Assembly (NCBI GenBank): GCA_963848135.1 | Contig: CAWKCK010000007.1 | Location: 68,121-132,120, forward strand | Length of the DNA: 64,000 bases | Direction of reading: 5' to 3' | Source: an uncultured delta proteobacterium | GTDB lineage: Bacteria; Desulfobacterota; Desulfobacteria; Desulfobacterales; SG8-13 | Shown here: positions 42,403 through 51,950 of the stretch, one piece after another | How positions within the stretch are numbered: the stretch's first letter is position 1 | How the letters are laid out: each line of letters opens with the position of its first letter | Translations under genes and position numbers: made by a program | Notes under the pieces: generated by a model | What the model was told of the DNA's origin: nothing | The model's input: the letters and a program-made list of their open reading frames with translations, nothing else | The model's database searches: none

Positions 42403-42606
42403 CTATGCTGCCGGATAATTGATATCTTTGAGGGTGTCCTTGATTTTTTCCTCTGTTACAGGCGCATCCCATTCGACTGTGATCGTCTTCTTGTCCGGAT
42501 CGCCTTCCACGGTCTTCACTCCCGCCAATTCACTGAGCTCGTTCTTTATGTTCATCACGCAGTGACCGCAAGAGATGTTCGGAATGGAAAATGTCTGTTT
42601 GGCCAT
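42403..42606 (-). CDS. copZ: Copper chaperone (HMA domain)
   Basis: 67 aa; ISCGHC; SD AAGGAG; upstream of copA. Confidence 0.88.
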   Translation of the reverse strand: MAKQTFSIPNISCGHCVMNIKNELSELAGVKTVEGDPDKKTITVEWDAPVTEEKIKDTLKDINYPAA

Positions 42607-42826
42607 GATTTGTGTCTCCTTGATTCAAGAGAGTATCCTTGTATGGATCGGATCGTCGTCACTACGGGTAAAAATTAGGACCGAAACCATCAAAGTCAAA
42701 TGCCCGCGTTCATTGTCAGACTGAATATGGTGCCATGAACATGAAGAGCACTCTTCAACATCTCATATATAAGGATAGCCACAGCACTCACCGATCGATC
42801 ATAAAGACCATCACCCCGGAGGCAAT

Positions 42827-42841
42827 GGGTAATTATTACCC
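42827..42841. promoter_or_regulatory. Perfect palindrome, candidate enhancer/operator in the copZ-zraP divergent region
   Basis: GGGTAAT-T-ATTACCC, with another ATTACCC half-site near 42876-42882; about 170 bp upstream of a sigma-54 promoter. Confidence 0.45.
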
Positions 42842-43004
42842 GCTACCTTTTTAATCGACGAAATACCGTATCAAAATTACCCATCCGCCACTGTTTTTCC
42901 ATCCCTAAACGACGATCCCGACAAACTTTTACTCAATATTCAAATAATATTTTTACAACAAATCTGAAGTTAGTATATTTTTTGACCTGAAATCCGAATG
43001 ATAT

Positions 43005-43021
43005 TTGGCACACATCATGCT
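43005..43021 (+). promoter_or_regulatory. Sigma-54 -24/-12 promoter
   Basis: TTGGCACACATCATGCT (GG-N10-GC). Confidence 0.8.
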
Positions 43022-43085
43022 CATACTACTGTTCATCACACAAACATCAGTGTACAAAATCCACTAACACGTTAAAAAGGAGCAA

Positions 43086-43604
43086 ATGAAAATGAAGAAC
43101 ATCACGTTAACCAAGGGGATCGTCATTCTGGCTGCCATCGCAATGGTGGGACTCGTAGCAACGGCCTATGCCGGCTGGGGTGACGGATATGGACATCGGG
43201 GTCGCGGCTACCATCACATGGGATGGGGCGGGCCCGGATACGGCGGAGATTACCCGGACCTGACCGATGAGCAGATCAAGGCGATCGAGCAGGAGCGCCG
43301 CGCATTCATTAAGGATACGGATGATCTGCGACAAAATCTGTATACCAAGGAACTCGCGCTAAGAAGCGAACTGGCCAAAACCGATGCGGACGCTCAAAAG
43401 GCCGCTGTAATTCAGAAAGACATATCCAAACTCGAGGCGGAGTTGGATCAGAAACGGTTGGACCACATCGTTAAGATGAAAGAGGTCAACCCAGAAGCCG
43501 GGCGCGGATTTATGATGGGCGGCAGAGGTCGCGGCGGAATGATGGGCTATGGCTACGGACCAGGTGCCGGCCGTGGTCCTGGAGGCGGCTACTGCTGGGA
43601 TTGA
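43086..43604 (+). CDS. Periplasmic Spy/CpxP/ZraP-family (heavy-metal sensor) protein
   Basis: Signal peptide; Gly/His-rich N-terminus; LTDEQ and LRQNLYTKELALRSEL helices; GGMMGYG tail. Confidence 0.85.
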   Translation: MKMKNITLTKGIVILAAIAMVGLVATAYAGWGDGYGHRGRGYHHMGWGGPGYGGDYPDLTDEQIKAIEQERRAFIKDTDDLRQNLYTKELALRSELAKTDADAQKAAVIQKDISKLEAELDQKRLDHIVKMKEVNPEAGRGFMMGGRGRGGMMGYGYGPGAGRGPGGGYCWD

Positions 43605-43638
43605 TACATAACACACCGGAAAGAGATCGGGTTCGCTT

Positions 43639-43666
43639 TGGGGCGGTTTCCAGGAAAACCGCCCCA
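43639..43666 (+). terminator. Hairpin after the ZraP-like gene
   Basis: TGGGGCGGTTT-CCAGGA-AAACCGCCCCA. Confidence 0.6.
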
Positions 43667-44081
43667 CTGGATTTTCGAACCGATGGTAATATGAAACGTT
43701 GCCGGAACCGATTGGGTGAAATAATCTGGCATCCGGTGATAAAAATCAAATCACCGCCATCTCTTATTTATGGGACATCTCACTCACCATCACCGCGCCA
43801 CTCTGGCCAATCGGACAGCCGCGCGGGCCACTGATTTACTGAAAGGTGACGACATCGACAGCCCCACCTGAAACGCTTAGAAGCAAACCATTACCGGGGC
43901 ATAGTTCTGGTTCGACCTTTCCACTTTAGCAATCTTCAGATGTCTTTCCCTACATTTCGTCGATACACCGCGTGACTTCCCGGGCATCAGGTCTTATACT
44001 CCTCTATCCAGTGTGGCGATTAAGGTTGAAAAATAGACAAAATGCCCTACTGGGACGCCATCCTCTAAGGAGATACGAAAA

Positions 44082-44343
44082 ATGATATCAAAATCAAACA
44101 ACACGGCAACGGTCATCGACCCGGTGTGCGGTATGACTGTGGACCCGCAAGACTCGCTCGTTCGTGTCCAACTATAAGAACAGTAACTATCACTTCTGTG
44201 CCAAGGCCTGCCGGACTGCTTTCGATGATAATCCGGAGAAATATCTGGTTGATAAAACCGAAAAACCGCAAGGTTTCTGGGGACGTTACCTTGCACGGCT
44301 GAACAAAGCCACCGGCGGCAAGCCCCCCCAGTGCTGCCAATGA
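44082..44343 (+). CDS. YHS-domain protein (not in ORF track; one +1 frameshift ~44163)
   Basis: SD AAGGAG. Reads MISKSNNTATVIDPVCGMTVDP.. / ..YKNSNYHFCAKACRTAFDDNPEKYL..PPQCCQ*; span is 87 codons + 1 nt. Confidence 0.85.
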
Positions 44344-44393
44344 TATGACGGGTAACAGTTGTGTTGGAAACCGTTTTACGGGGAGTTCAAAGC

Positions 44394-44933
44394 ATGCCGT
44401 ACAAAAACGGAATTGTCGTCAATGTAATGGGTAACGGGTGGGCGGAGGTGATCACCGACCAACTCGATGCCTGCACCGACTGCGTGTCGGCACACACCTG
44501 CCCGGAAGACTGCAAAAACGCCCGGACGGTGACAAAGGTCAGGGATGAAATCAACGCCGAAATCGGCGATACCGTTTCTGTCTATATCAGCAGGAAATCG
44601 ATGCTGAAAAGCGCTGCAATCCTCTACCTGGTACCAGTCGCGTTTCTTCTGATAGGCGTGGGAACAGGGACGAGTCTGGCCCCGCGCCTCGGTTTGGGGA
44701 TTTCCTCGGCGGTTATACTCTTCGGGCTGGCCGGCCTCTGTTTCGGTTATTTCCTGATCAAAGCACTTTCCGTACGCCTGTCGATGGAGAACAGCTTTTT
44801 TGCCAAAATCGACCGTATCTTGTACAGGGCGTCCGATGCAGCGTCGGCCCCATCGGATCCGATAAGCCGCAACGGCGAGGGCCCCAAAGCGGAGTTGCAG
44901 GAGACAGCCAGCAACCATCCGCCCCCGCCTTAG
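44394..44933 (+). CDS. RseC/MucC (SoxR-reducing system) family membrane protein
   Basis: CTDC...C...C cluster, AEIGDTVSV and AAILYLVP followed by two TM helices. Confidence 0.82.
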   Translation: MPYKNGIVVNVMGNGWAEVITDQLDACTDCVSAHTCPEDCKNARTVTKVRDEINAEIGDTVSVYISRKSMLKSAAILYLVPVAFLLIGVGTGTSLAPRLGLGISSAVILFGLAGLCFGYFLIKALSVRLSMENSFFAKIDRILYRASDAASAPSDPISRNGEGPKAELQETASNHPPPP

Positions 44934-45240
44934 CATGTTAAATTAGTGCCCATCCACGATTGTTGAAAAAATCGATGGGCGCCTCTATGTACGTGTCCGA
45001 TTCAGAAATGAGTAATTTTTTCACTGATTAAAATTTGAAGCGCTCACTTTTAGGTAAAACAATATTAATACCGAATCTATCGTTTGACAGAGATCCCTTC
45101 TCTGCCTCAACCCTGCTTGAATCATCAATTGAGTATTTCGAATTTATTCCGGTTCACCGCCTTTCCCAGGATCGGTTGTACGTCTCCGGGTATTTTGCCA
45201 GAGGTGGAAGGTTCACGCATAAACAATATTGAAGGTGTCT

Positions 45241-47403
45241 ATGCGAATTCGCTGGAAGCTGCTCATTGTTTTACTGAGCATTTCACTGGTTCCCATTTTT
45301 GTATTGCGACTGAGTGGACAGCGCAGCATGCAGAGAATGGGTAACGACCTGGCGTCCATTGCCCGTGAGGCTCTCATTCAGAAAGCCGGCCTCGAGCTCA
45401 CCTTGCTGGTGGAAGAACACGCCTTGGCGTTGCGGCTCGAGAGAGAATTGATCGAAATGATCCTGCGCGTTCAGGCCTCAGAGTTAGAAAAACGTTTCGC
45501 CGGTACCCACCACCCTTACACGTTCCGCAACGGTGTAAACAGCGTTCAGACCGCATTAACTGTAAGTGACAGCGAGAATTCTGCTTTACGATTTCGCATT
45601 ACAGGCATGGGTCGTTTCATTCCGCTGACTGTCGATTACAAAAGTCAGAGCCAGAAAATCTTCGCTGGTTCCGAAAAAGAAAGGGAAGAAATATCGTCCG
45701 TTTTCTCTGCGATGGTTCCCGTCTTTCACGACCTCGTCCTTACTCATCCTGATCTTATTTATTGGCAAATGGTGGCCTTAGACGATGGGGCGCAAAGCGT
45801 TTATCCCGCATTGTCTAAACTCCCGATGATGTCATACAATGCCGTGCAAACGGAATGGTACCGGGCGGCTGTCACGCAGAAAAAAGTTATCTGGTCGCAA
45901 CCATCGCCGGACCCTTTTACAGGCCAGTTCAGCTTCACCGTATCGATGCCGCTTTACTCTCCCAATGGTCAAAATTTCGGAGCCACCGCTATTGCTGTTC
46001 CGGTGAGTGCCCTTCTTCAGAGAGACGAGCACTTCCAGATCTTCTCGCAGAATATCAGACTCCTCCTCGTCCGCTCGGAAAATTCAACCGATGAAAACAT
46101 TCCCGGTATCAAGGTCGTCGCCCGGGAACACAAAGTCGAGCAGAGACACCACCACTGGCTGGCACTTACCGACAACGAACGCTTGCAAATAGAAGATCCG
46201 GAAATCAGGCGAAAGATAACGTCGGACTTGCAGGCCCGTCGCACTGGGGTCGTGGAGATGGGATACGACGGTATAGATAGCCTGCTTGTCTACGGAAGTA
46301 TCGATGAGTTCGGAACAGCCCTGCTTTTAATCGTTCCCAAGGCTGACTTCGTTGCCGAGGCCGCTGCCATGGAAAAAACGGTTCACGAACGGGTCAGCAC
46401 GAGTATTCGTATTACCGGTATTATCCTCACCGCCATGATTGTATTGATTGTCGGCCTCGCCTTCGTTCTTGCCAAATCGATGACAATGAATATACAGAAA
46501 CTGGTCGGGGCCGCTCGCAGAGTGGCAGAGGGGGACTTCAATACCCGGGCTGAGATCCGCTCGAAAGATGAGATGGGGGAACTGGGTCGAACCTTCGATC
46601 GGATGGTACCGGCCCTTGAGGATCGTGTGCGAATGAAGCAGGCGTTGGATGTAGCCATGGAAGTACAACAAAACCTGTTGCCCCAAAAAATACCACAACC
46701 CGACGGATTGGAAGTCGCTGGACGCAGTATCTATTGCGATGAGACCGGCGGCGATTTTTTCGATTTTATGGATTTCTGCTGCCGGGAAGACAGCACCCTG
46801 GGGATTGCGGTCGGTGACGTGTCGGGGCACGGCATATCGGCCGCACTGTTGATGTCGACCACAAGAGCGTTCCTGCGCAGTCGGGTCAACCAACCCGGCG
46901 GTCTTGGTGACATTATGGACGATGTCAATATGCTCCTCTCCAAGGACACCGGCAGTACGGGAGAGTTTGTCACCCTGTTTTACACTGAAATCAACCGATC
47001 TCGGGGTGAAATCCGTTGGGTTCGCGCCGGTCACGACCCGGCGCTGTTGTATGACCCGCAAACCGACCAGTTTGAAGAACTCCAGGGCGGAGGCTTGTCA
47101 ATGGGAATCGATCCCTCCTACCACTACACGGAAAATGTTAAAACCGGCCTGACAGACGACCAGGTCATCGTTATTGGCACCGACGGAATTTGGGAAACCG
47201 GGAATGGATCGGGTGATATGTTCGGCAGGAACCGTTTGAAGGATTTGATTCGCTCGAATTGCCGCCTCTCCGCCGACCATATCCTGAATTCGGTGATCGA
47301 TGCGCTCGATAATTATCGTGAAGATAGCAAACAGGCAGATGACATCACGCTGGTTGTGATCAAAATCAATGGCGCCAAGGGCCACGGACGCTTGCCAAGT
47401 TAA
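45241..47403 (+). CDS. Membrane sensor PP2C/SpoIIE phosphatase (Cache-like periplasmic domain, HAMP)
   Basis: Two TM, HAMP (DEMGELGRTFDRM), GGDFFD, VGDVSGHG, GTDGIWE and DDITLVV. Confidence 0.92.
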   Translation: MRIRWKLLIVLLSISLVPIFVLRLSGQRSMQRMGNDLASIAREALIQKAGLELTLLVEEHALALRLERELIEMILRVQASELEKRFAGTHHPYTFRNGVNSVQTALTVSDSENSALRFRITGMGRFIPLTVDYKSQSQKIFAGSEKEREEISSVFSAMVPVFHDLVLTHPDLIYWQMVALDDGAQSVYPALSKLPMMSYNAVQTEWYRAAVTQKKVIWSQPSPDPFTGQFSFTVSMPLYSPNGQNFGATAIAVPVSALLQRDEHFQIFSQNIRLLLVRSENSTDENIPGIKVVAREHKVEQRHHHWLALTDNERLQIEDPEIRRKITSDLQARRTGVVEMGYDGIDSLLVYGSIDEFGTALLLIVPKADFVAEAAAMEKTVHERVSTSIRITGIILTAMIVLIVGLAFVLAKSMTMNIQKLVGAARRVAEGDFNTRAEIRSKDEMGELGRTFDRMVPALEDRVRMKQALDVAMEVQQNLLPQKIPQPDGLEVAGRSIYCDETGGDFFDFMDFCCREDSTLGIAVGDVSGHGISAALLMSTTRAFLRSRVNQPGGLGDIMDDVNMLLSKDTGSTGEFVTLFYTEINRSRGEIRWVRAGHDPALLYDPQTDQFEELQGGGLSMGIDPSYHYTENVKTGLTDDQVIVIGTDGIWETGNGSGDMFGRNRLKDLIRSNCRLSADHILNSVIDALDNYREDSKQADDITLVVIKINGAKGHGRLPS

Positions 47404-47409
47404 CATCCG

Positions 47410-47514
47410 AGAAGTGGTTTTTAAAACCTCAGGTTTTTCGTCGGATTTTGCCTTGTCTTGCCGGCGCTCATAACGTTGTGCAACAACCCTGTTAGATCTG
47501 GTTTTGAAACCATT
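47410..47514. repeat. Degenerate palindromic element (family of the 24971 and 32848 elements)
   Basis: Ends AGAAGTGGTTTTTAAAACC...GGTTTTGAAACCATT; core shared with 32848-32891. Confidence 0.75.
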
Positions 47515-47706
47515 GCGAGTACTTTCTACCCAATCGCCCTGTCTGTCTGGATACTTTCAACGCAGTATCATGATCTCGCTGTCCCGTACCTCGAAAGTCA
47601 TTCATCTTTCTGGCAGGAAGAATCTTTTCTTTTTTCTTAACAATATAGGTACCATACAAAGTCGGGCGCCTCTCTAACCACCTCCCTCACCCTCATCTCG
47701 ATTCGA

Positions 47707-47722
47707 TGGCATGGTATATGCT
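47707..47722 (+). promoter_or_regulatory. Sigma-54 -24/-12 promoter
   Basis: TGGCATGGTATATGCT (GG-N10-GC) upstream of the second ZraP-like gene. Confidence 0.75.
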
Positions 47723-47833
47723 GTTCTTAGAGATCAGAATTCCGATTGATTACGAAATCCTGTTAGTACTACCCATGTTAATTCTATGGAGATTCGCAAG
47801 AATTAAGAAAACGCAATCCAAAGGAGATAAACA

Positions 47834-48652
47834 ATGAAAGCAATATTCAAATCGACACCCCTTCTCGTTGCAACCCTTCTGGTGTTGACGGGCATTGCCG
47901 ATACGGCAATCGCAGGTCGGGGAATGGGATACGGACAGCGCGGCGGGTACTCCGGCGATACCGGTGATCTCAGCGAAGACGATATCAAAGCGATCGATAA
48001 AGAACGCCGTGCGTTTTTCGAGGCCACCCGTGATTTGCGGCAGGACGTGTACCGCAAAGAACTGGAACTGCAAACCGAATTGGCCCAGAAGAATCCGGAT
48101 GCCAAAAAAGCGGCCGCTTTGCAGGAAGACATTTCCAAGCTCGAATCAGAGTTCGATCAGAAGCGATTGGACCACATGATGAAAATGAGAAAGATCGTCC
48201 CTGAAGCCGGAATGATGGGATCGGGAATGATCGGTCCGCGTATGATGGGACCGGGAATGATGAGCGATGATGACGGAGACTTGAACTGCCCCTATGGCGG
48301 CGGCTACATCGGTCGGGGGCGCGGTTACGGCATGATGGGACGCGGCTATGGCATGGGTCCCGGAATGATGGGGCGTGGTTATGGTGCCGGTAGTGATTGG
48401 ATGCGCAGTTCCCCTGAAGAGAGAGAATCCAATCAGGGAGCAGGACGTTTGCAAACACCGTTAAAGGAAGATGGCGCCCGATCGGTTGTCGAGAAGTATC
48501 TGGCATCCACCCGCAACCCTAACTTGAAACTGGGCAAGATCACCGAAAAGAAAGATGCGTTTGAAGCGGAAATCGTTACCAAAGACGGCTCCTTGGTGGA
48601 CAAGGTTCTAATAGAGAAATCGAATGGCTGGATGCACCCAGCGAACGAGTAA
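47834..48652 (+). CDS. Second Spy/ZraP-family periplasmic protein with Gly/Met-rich linker and extra C-terminal domain
   Basis: Paralogous to the 43086 protein (ERRAF, LRQD.Y.KEL, DISKLE.E.DQKRLDH); GMMG/GYGM repeats; PepSY-like C-terminus (FEAEIVTKDGSLVDKVLI). Confidence 0.82.
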   Translation: MKAIFKSTPLLVATLLVLTGIADTAIAGRGMGYGQRGGYSGDTGDLSEDDIKAIDKERRAFFEATRDLRQDVYRKELELQTELAQKNPDAKKAAALQEDISKLESEFDQKRLDHMMKMRKIVPEAGMMGSGMIGPRMMGPGMMSDDDGDLNCPYGGGYIGRGRGYGMMGRGYGMGPGMMGRGYGAGSDWMRSSPEERESNQGAGRLQTPLKEDGARSVVEKYLASTRNPNLKLGKITEKKDAFEAEIVTKDGSLVDKVLIEKSNGWMHPANE

Positions 48653-48761
48653 CCGTCCTCTGGGAGTCACTATGTGATGGATTCATTGTAATAATCCTGC
48701 CGCCGACACGCCATCGATATTTCACGCAAGCTAAGAAATGACGCATCGCAACAATATAACA

Positions 48762-48870
48762 CCTAATTTGAGCGATTGTCGAGTTTGCCGCAGCTACAAG
48801 GAAGATGTCGTTCCGCTATAGTCGGCTATGCGGAACGGCATATGACGCCGTAGATGCGGCAAGATCGGTA
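48762..48870. repeat. Palindromic element sharing its terminus with the 16208 element
   Basis: CCTAATTTGAGCGATT is the exact reverse complement of 16351-16366; inner IR TTGCCGCA/TGCGGCAA; hairpin 48810-48836. Confidence 0.75.
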
Positions 48871-48905
48871 ATCCCGATGGGTTTCAAATATTAAAATCAA
48901 ACACG

Positions 48906-49518
48906 GAAGGTGACATCGTCAGGGTATTTCTGAAAAACTATTTACCGGATGGGACAACCATACACTGGCACGGCATTCCGCTCGAGAATACCATGGACGA
49001 TGTTCCCCGCGTGACCCAGCCACCGGTGATGCCCGGCGATACGTTTGTCTACGAGTTTGAAGCCCGAACCCCCGGCAGCTTTCTCTATCATTCACATGCC
49101 GGGTATCAACTCGACCAGGGACTCTACGGTCCCCTGATCATCGAACCGGCCCGAATCAAGGAACCCTATGATCGGGAGTATACGCTCGTTCTGGAAGACT
49201 GGGTTATGCGCGACGGAAAATCTTATTGTCGCAAAGGGCGAACGGGTGCGTCTGAACTATGGAAACCACAGCATGATGGACCATCCCATGCACCTCCACG
49301 GCCATTTTTTCCGAGTGGTAAATCCGGCCATTCCCCGAAGTCATTGGGTGCTGAAGGATACAATCATCGTCGATCACATGCAGCGCATCGATGTGGAATT
49401 CCTCGCCGACAACCCGGGTCGCTGGTTTCATCACTGCCACAACCTCTACCACATGGAGACCGGCATGGCCAATGTGGTGTCATACAAGGGATTTAATGTC
49501 GGATCAGGCAATGCCTGA
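48906..49518 (+). pseudogene. Multicopper oxidase remnant (partial domain 1 joined out of frame to domain 3)
   Basis: TTIHWHG and YHSH, then HPMHLHGH and HHCHNLYHMETGM in the next frame. No start or signal upstream (stop at 48843); middle domain absent. Confidence 0.8.
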
Positions 49519-49812
49519 TCGACCAAGATAACAGGGAAGCTCCTGCCGTAAAAATCTTGAGAATAATCTGAAAAACAACTACGGTTTCGCCTCTATAGCT
49601 GTGGATTCTATTTCTGATCGGCATCGTTTTCTTCCTGAGATGGTTTTTGAATCAATGAAAAAAGAGCGCGGAGTTTAACGATACCGCAACGACCTGGCGG
49701 CAGCGGTAAGGCGTCATTTTGACTCTGGGGCGCAAATCGTCTATAATTCGACAATTTTATGTAATCTAAGTTGAGAGTTTCAAATTTGGTGTGATCAAAG
49801 GATTTCTGCAAT

Positions 49813-51333
49813 TTGCCGCCACCATCCAGAGACCCCGGTTCCTGTCGATTTTCCCTGTTTAAAACTGTTTTGATGGGGCTTGTCGTTGCCCAGGTTATAG
49901 CTATGGTCCAGGTCTACTGGTCCAATCTTCGGCTTTTTCAAGACGTCTCTGCCCTGAGCCGGGCCGGTTACCTGCCGATTCCCACCCTCGAATCCCTCAA
50001 GGCAGTGAAAACTATCGGCCCAGCGGTTTTCGGCGGGCTGTTCTTCACTTTGAGCACCGGCGCGGGACTCACTCTGGCCACAATCGTCGCTGTCTGGCTC
50101 TGGCACAACCTGGCGTCGCGTAATCGACCCCTCTCAATCCTATTGCTCATCATCTGGGCTGCCGGCCTGCTGATGGTCAACGCCAACGGCTTTAACCTCT
50201 TTGGTTCGTTTTACTTTGCTCTGGTCCCGGCAAGCGTTGCTCTGATTTATCTCCGCTGTCTGCCGCAGAGACCCGACCGCAAAGGCATTTTGAACCGACT
50301 GCTCCCCCTCTACCCGTTGGTATTCCTGGCGGTCATCTGGGGCACCCAGGCTGACAACCGCCTCTTCGTCAATATCAGGGATTTCCTTTTACTCTCCAAC
50401 CCGGTCGGCAAGTCAGTCAATGATTTTTACTATCGTTACACGCTTTATCCGGCTGAGGCCTTCAAATCTCTGGATCAGAAGTTGCAGCGCCCTATCCGAA
50501 TGGGCGAAATCCAGCCTGCCGCACTCGGTCGTAGGATGGAGCCCCAACTGCGACACCGCGATTACCTGGTTGTGAATAACGACGAGACGGTCGATTTGCA
50601 AATCAAGCAGGCAGGGGACCAACTCGACTGGCTGAACAATGACAAGCGAATCCTGTCGGTCACGCCCGAAACGTTCTTTTCGAACCCGAGCGAGGTGCTT
50701 GTGCAATACAGCCGCCAAACGGACCGCTCGGCGTTCCTGCGCACATTCACTTTCTTCGGCATCCTGTTTGCGTTTCCGATCCTTCTCTACGCCGGCCTTT
50801 ATGGCCTCCTGGGGCTTCTGACAAGACTTTTCCTGCCGCCATCCGGCGCCTGGCGCCTTTCCAGTTTCCTTTGTTTGTTGATTGGAATCGTGCTCCTTGT
50901 GCCGGTTTACCAAAGCAACCGGCGGCCGGTGAATGCCGAAAACCTGGCCACGGCCCTGGAGGCAAACGACTGGCGCGATCGAGTAGCGGCCTTAAAACTG
51001 ATTGAAAAGCTGCAGCTGGAAATCGCCAATTACCCGTCCTATGAAAAATCAATGACCAGTCGGCATCTCCCCGAGAGGTACTGGCTGGCCCATGCACTGG
51101 GACTGAGTAGGGGAAATCGCGCGATCGACGATCTGATCACACTCCTGGACGACCCGCAGCCCAATGTTGTCTGCCAGGCCCTCTATGCCATAGGCCGACG
51201 AGGCGGCGAAAGAAAGTCCGGGATCATCGATACGATACTGGAAAAAATTCGGTCCACCAACAATTGGTACATTCAGCGATACGCTTACCTTGCCTTGAGG
51301 TCCCTCGGATGGCGACAACCCGCATCGAACTGA
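49813..51333 (+). CDS. Polytopic membrane protein with C-terminal HEAT/PBS-lyase repeats
   Basis: Several TM helices; WRDRVAALK, ERYWLAHALG and DPQPNVVCQALYAIG repeats. Start uncertain. Confidence 0.75.
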   Translation: MPPPSRDPGSCRFSLFKTVLMGLVVAQVIAMVQVYWSNLRLFQDVSALSRAGYLPIPTLESLKAVKTIGPAVFGGLFFTLSTGAGLTLATIVAVWLWHNLASRNRPLSILLLIIWAAGLLMVNANGFNLFGSFYFALVPASVALIYLRCLPQRPDRKGILNRLLPLYPLVFLAVIWGTQADNRLFVNIRDFLLLSNPVGKSVNDFYYRYTLYPAEAFKSLDQKLQRPIRMGEIQPAALGRRMEPQLRHRDYLVVNNDETVDLQIKQAGDQLDWLNNDKRILSVTPETFFSNPSEVLVQYSRQTDRSAFLRTFTFFGILFAFPILLYAGLYGLLGLLTRLFLPPSGAWRLSSFLCLLIGIVLLVPVYQSNRRPVNAENLATALEANDWRDRVAALKLIEKLQLEIANYPSYEKSMTSRHLPERYWLAHALGLSRGNRAIDDLITLLDDPQPNVVCQALYAIGRRGGERKSGIIDTILEKIRSTNNWYIQRYAYLALRSLGWRQPASN

Positions 51334-51950
51334 AAACCTTATTCCTATCGGTTCTGAGCATCTTTATCATCGAGATCCTGGCTGCAGGTATCACAGCGCA
51401 TATCGTGGTCAACGGTCTTGTCATCACCGGCTGCACCCGCCTTCTTGAAATTGCAGCAATGTCCGCAATCCTTATCTATGGAAATGGCGGATGGGTTGCC
51501 ATCGGACTATCCAAAGCCACTGCTTTCCGCGGATTGCAGCGGGGACTTTACTGGTCGATCGGGTTCGGACTCCTCGCTTTGGGTGCCGGTCTGGTACTGC
51601 GGTTCTTGAGCATCAATCCTCTCGACTTTTTCGGCCCGGCTCCACCGACCGAACCGTTCCAAATTTTCCTTTTATTCCTTGTCGGTGGTTTGGTCGGACC
51701 AGTGGCTGAAGAATTCTTTTTCAGAGGTATCCTTTACGGTTATTTCAGACGCTGGGGATTATTACCGGCCCTTCTTCTCAGCACCCTGCTGTTCGTTCTC
51801 ATGCATCCGGTTAAACCCTTGGCTCTTATCCAAACCGTAGGGGGCATCGTTTTTGCGTTGGCTTATGAACGCGAAAAGAATCTGCTGGTGCCGATCATCA
51901 TTCACGTGCTGGGCAACGGAGCGATTTTCACCCTAACATTTTTGGTGTAA
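51309..51950 (+). CDS. CPBP/CAAX (Abi) family intramembrane glutamic endopeptidase
   Basis: PVAEEFFFRG, FVLMH and HVLGN motifs; overlaps the upstream gene. Confidence 0.9.
   Translation: MATTRIELKTLFLSVLSIFIIEILAAGITAHIVVNGLVITGCTRLLEIAAMSAILIYGNGGWVAIGLSKATAFRGLQRGLYWSIGFGLLALGAGLVLRFLSINPLDFFGPAPPTEPFQIFLLFLVGGLVGPVAEEFFFRGILYGYFRRWGLLPALLLSTLLFVLMHPVKPLALIQTVGGIVFALAYEREKNLLVPIIIHVLGNGAIFTLTFLV

Noticed and set aside
42098-42678. ORFs 42098-42472 (-) and 42046-42678 (+)
   Set aside because: They are shadow frames overlapping copZ and cysQ, with no motifs.
48200-48400. GGNATGATGGG tandem nucleotide repeats as a repeat array
   Set aside because: They encode the Gly/Met-rich linker of the ZraP-like protein and are not an independent element.
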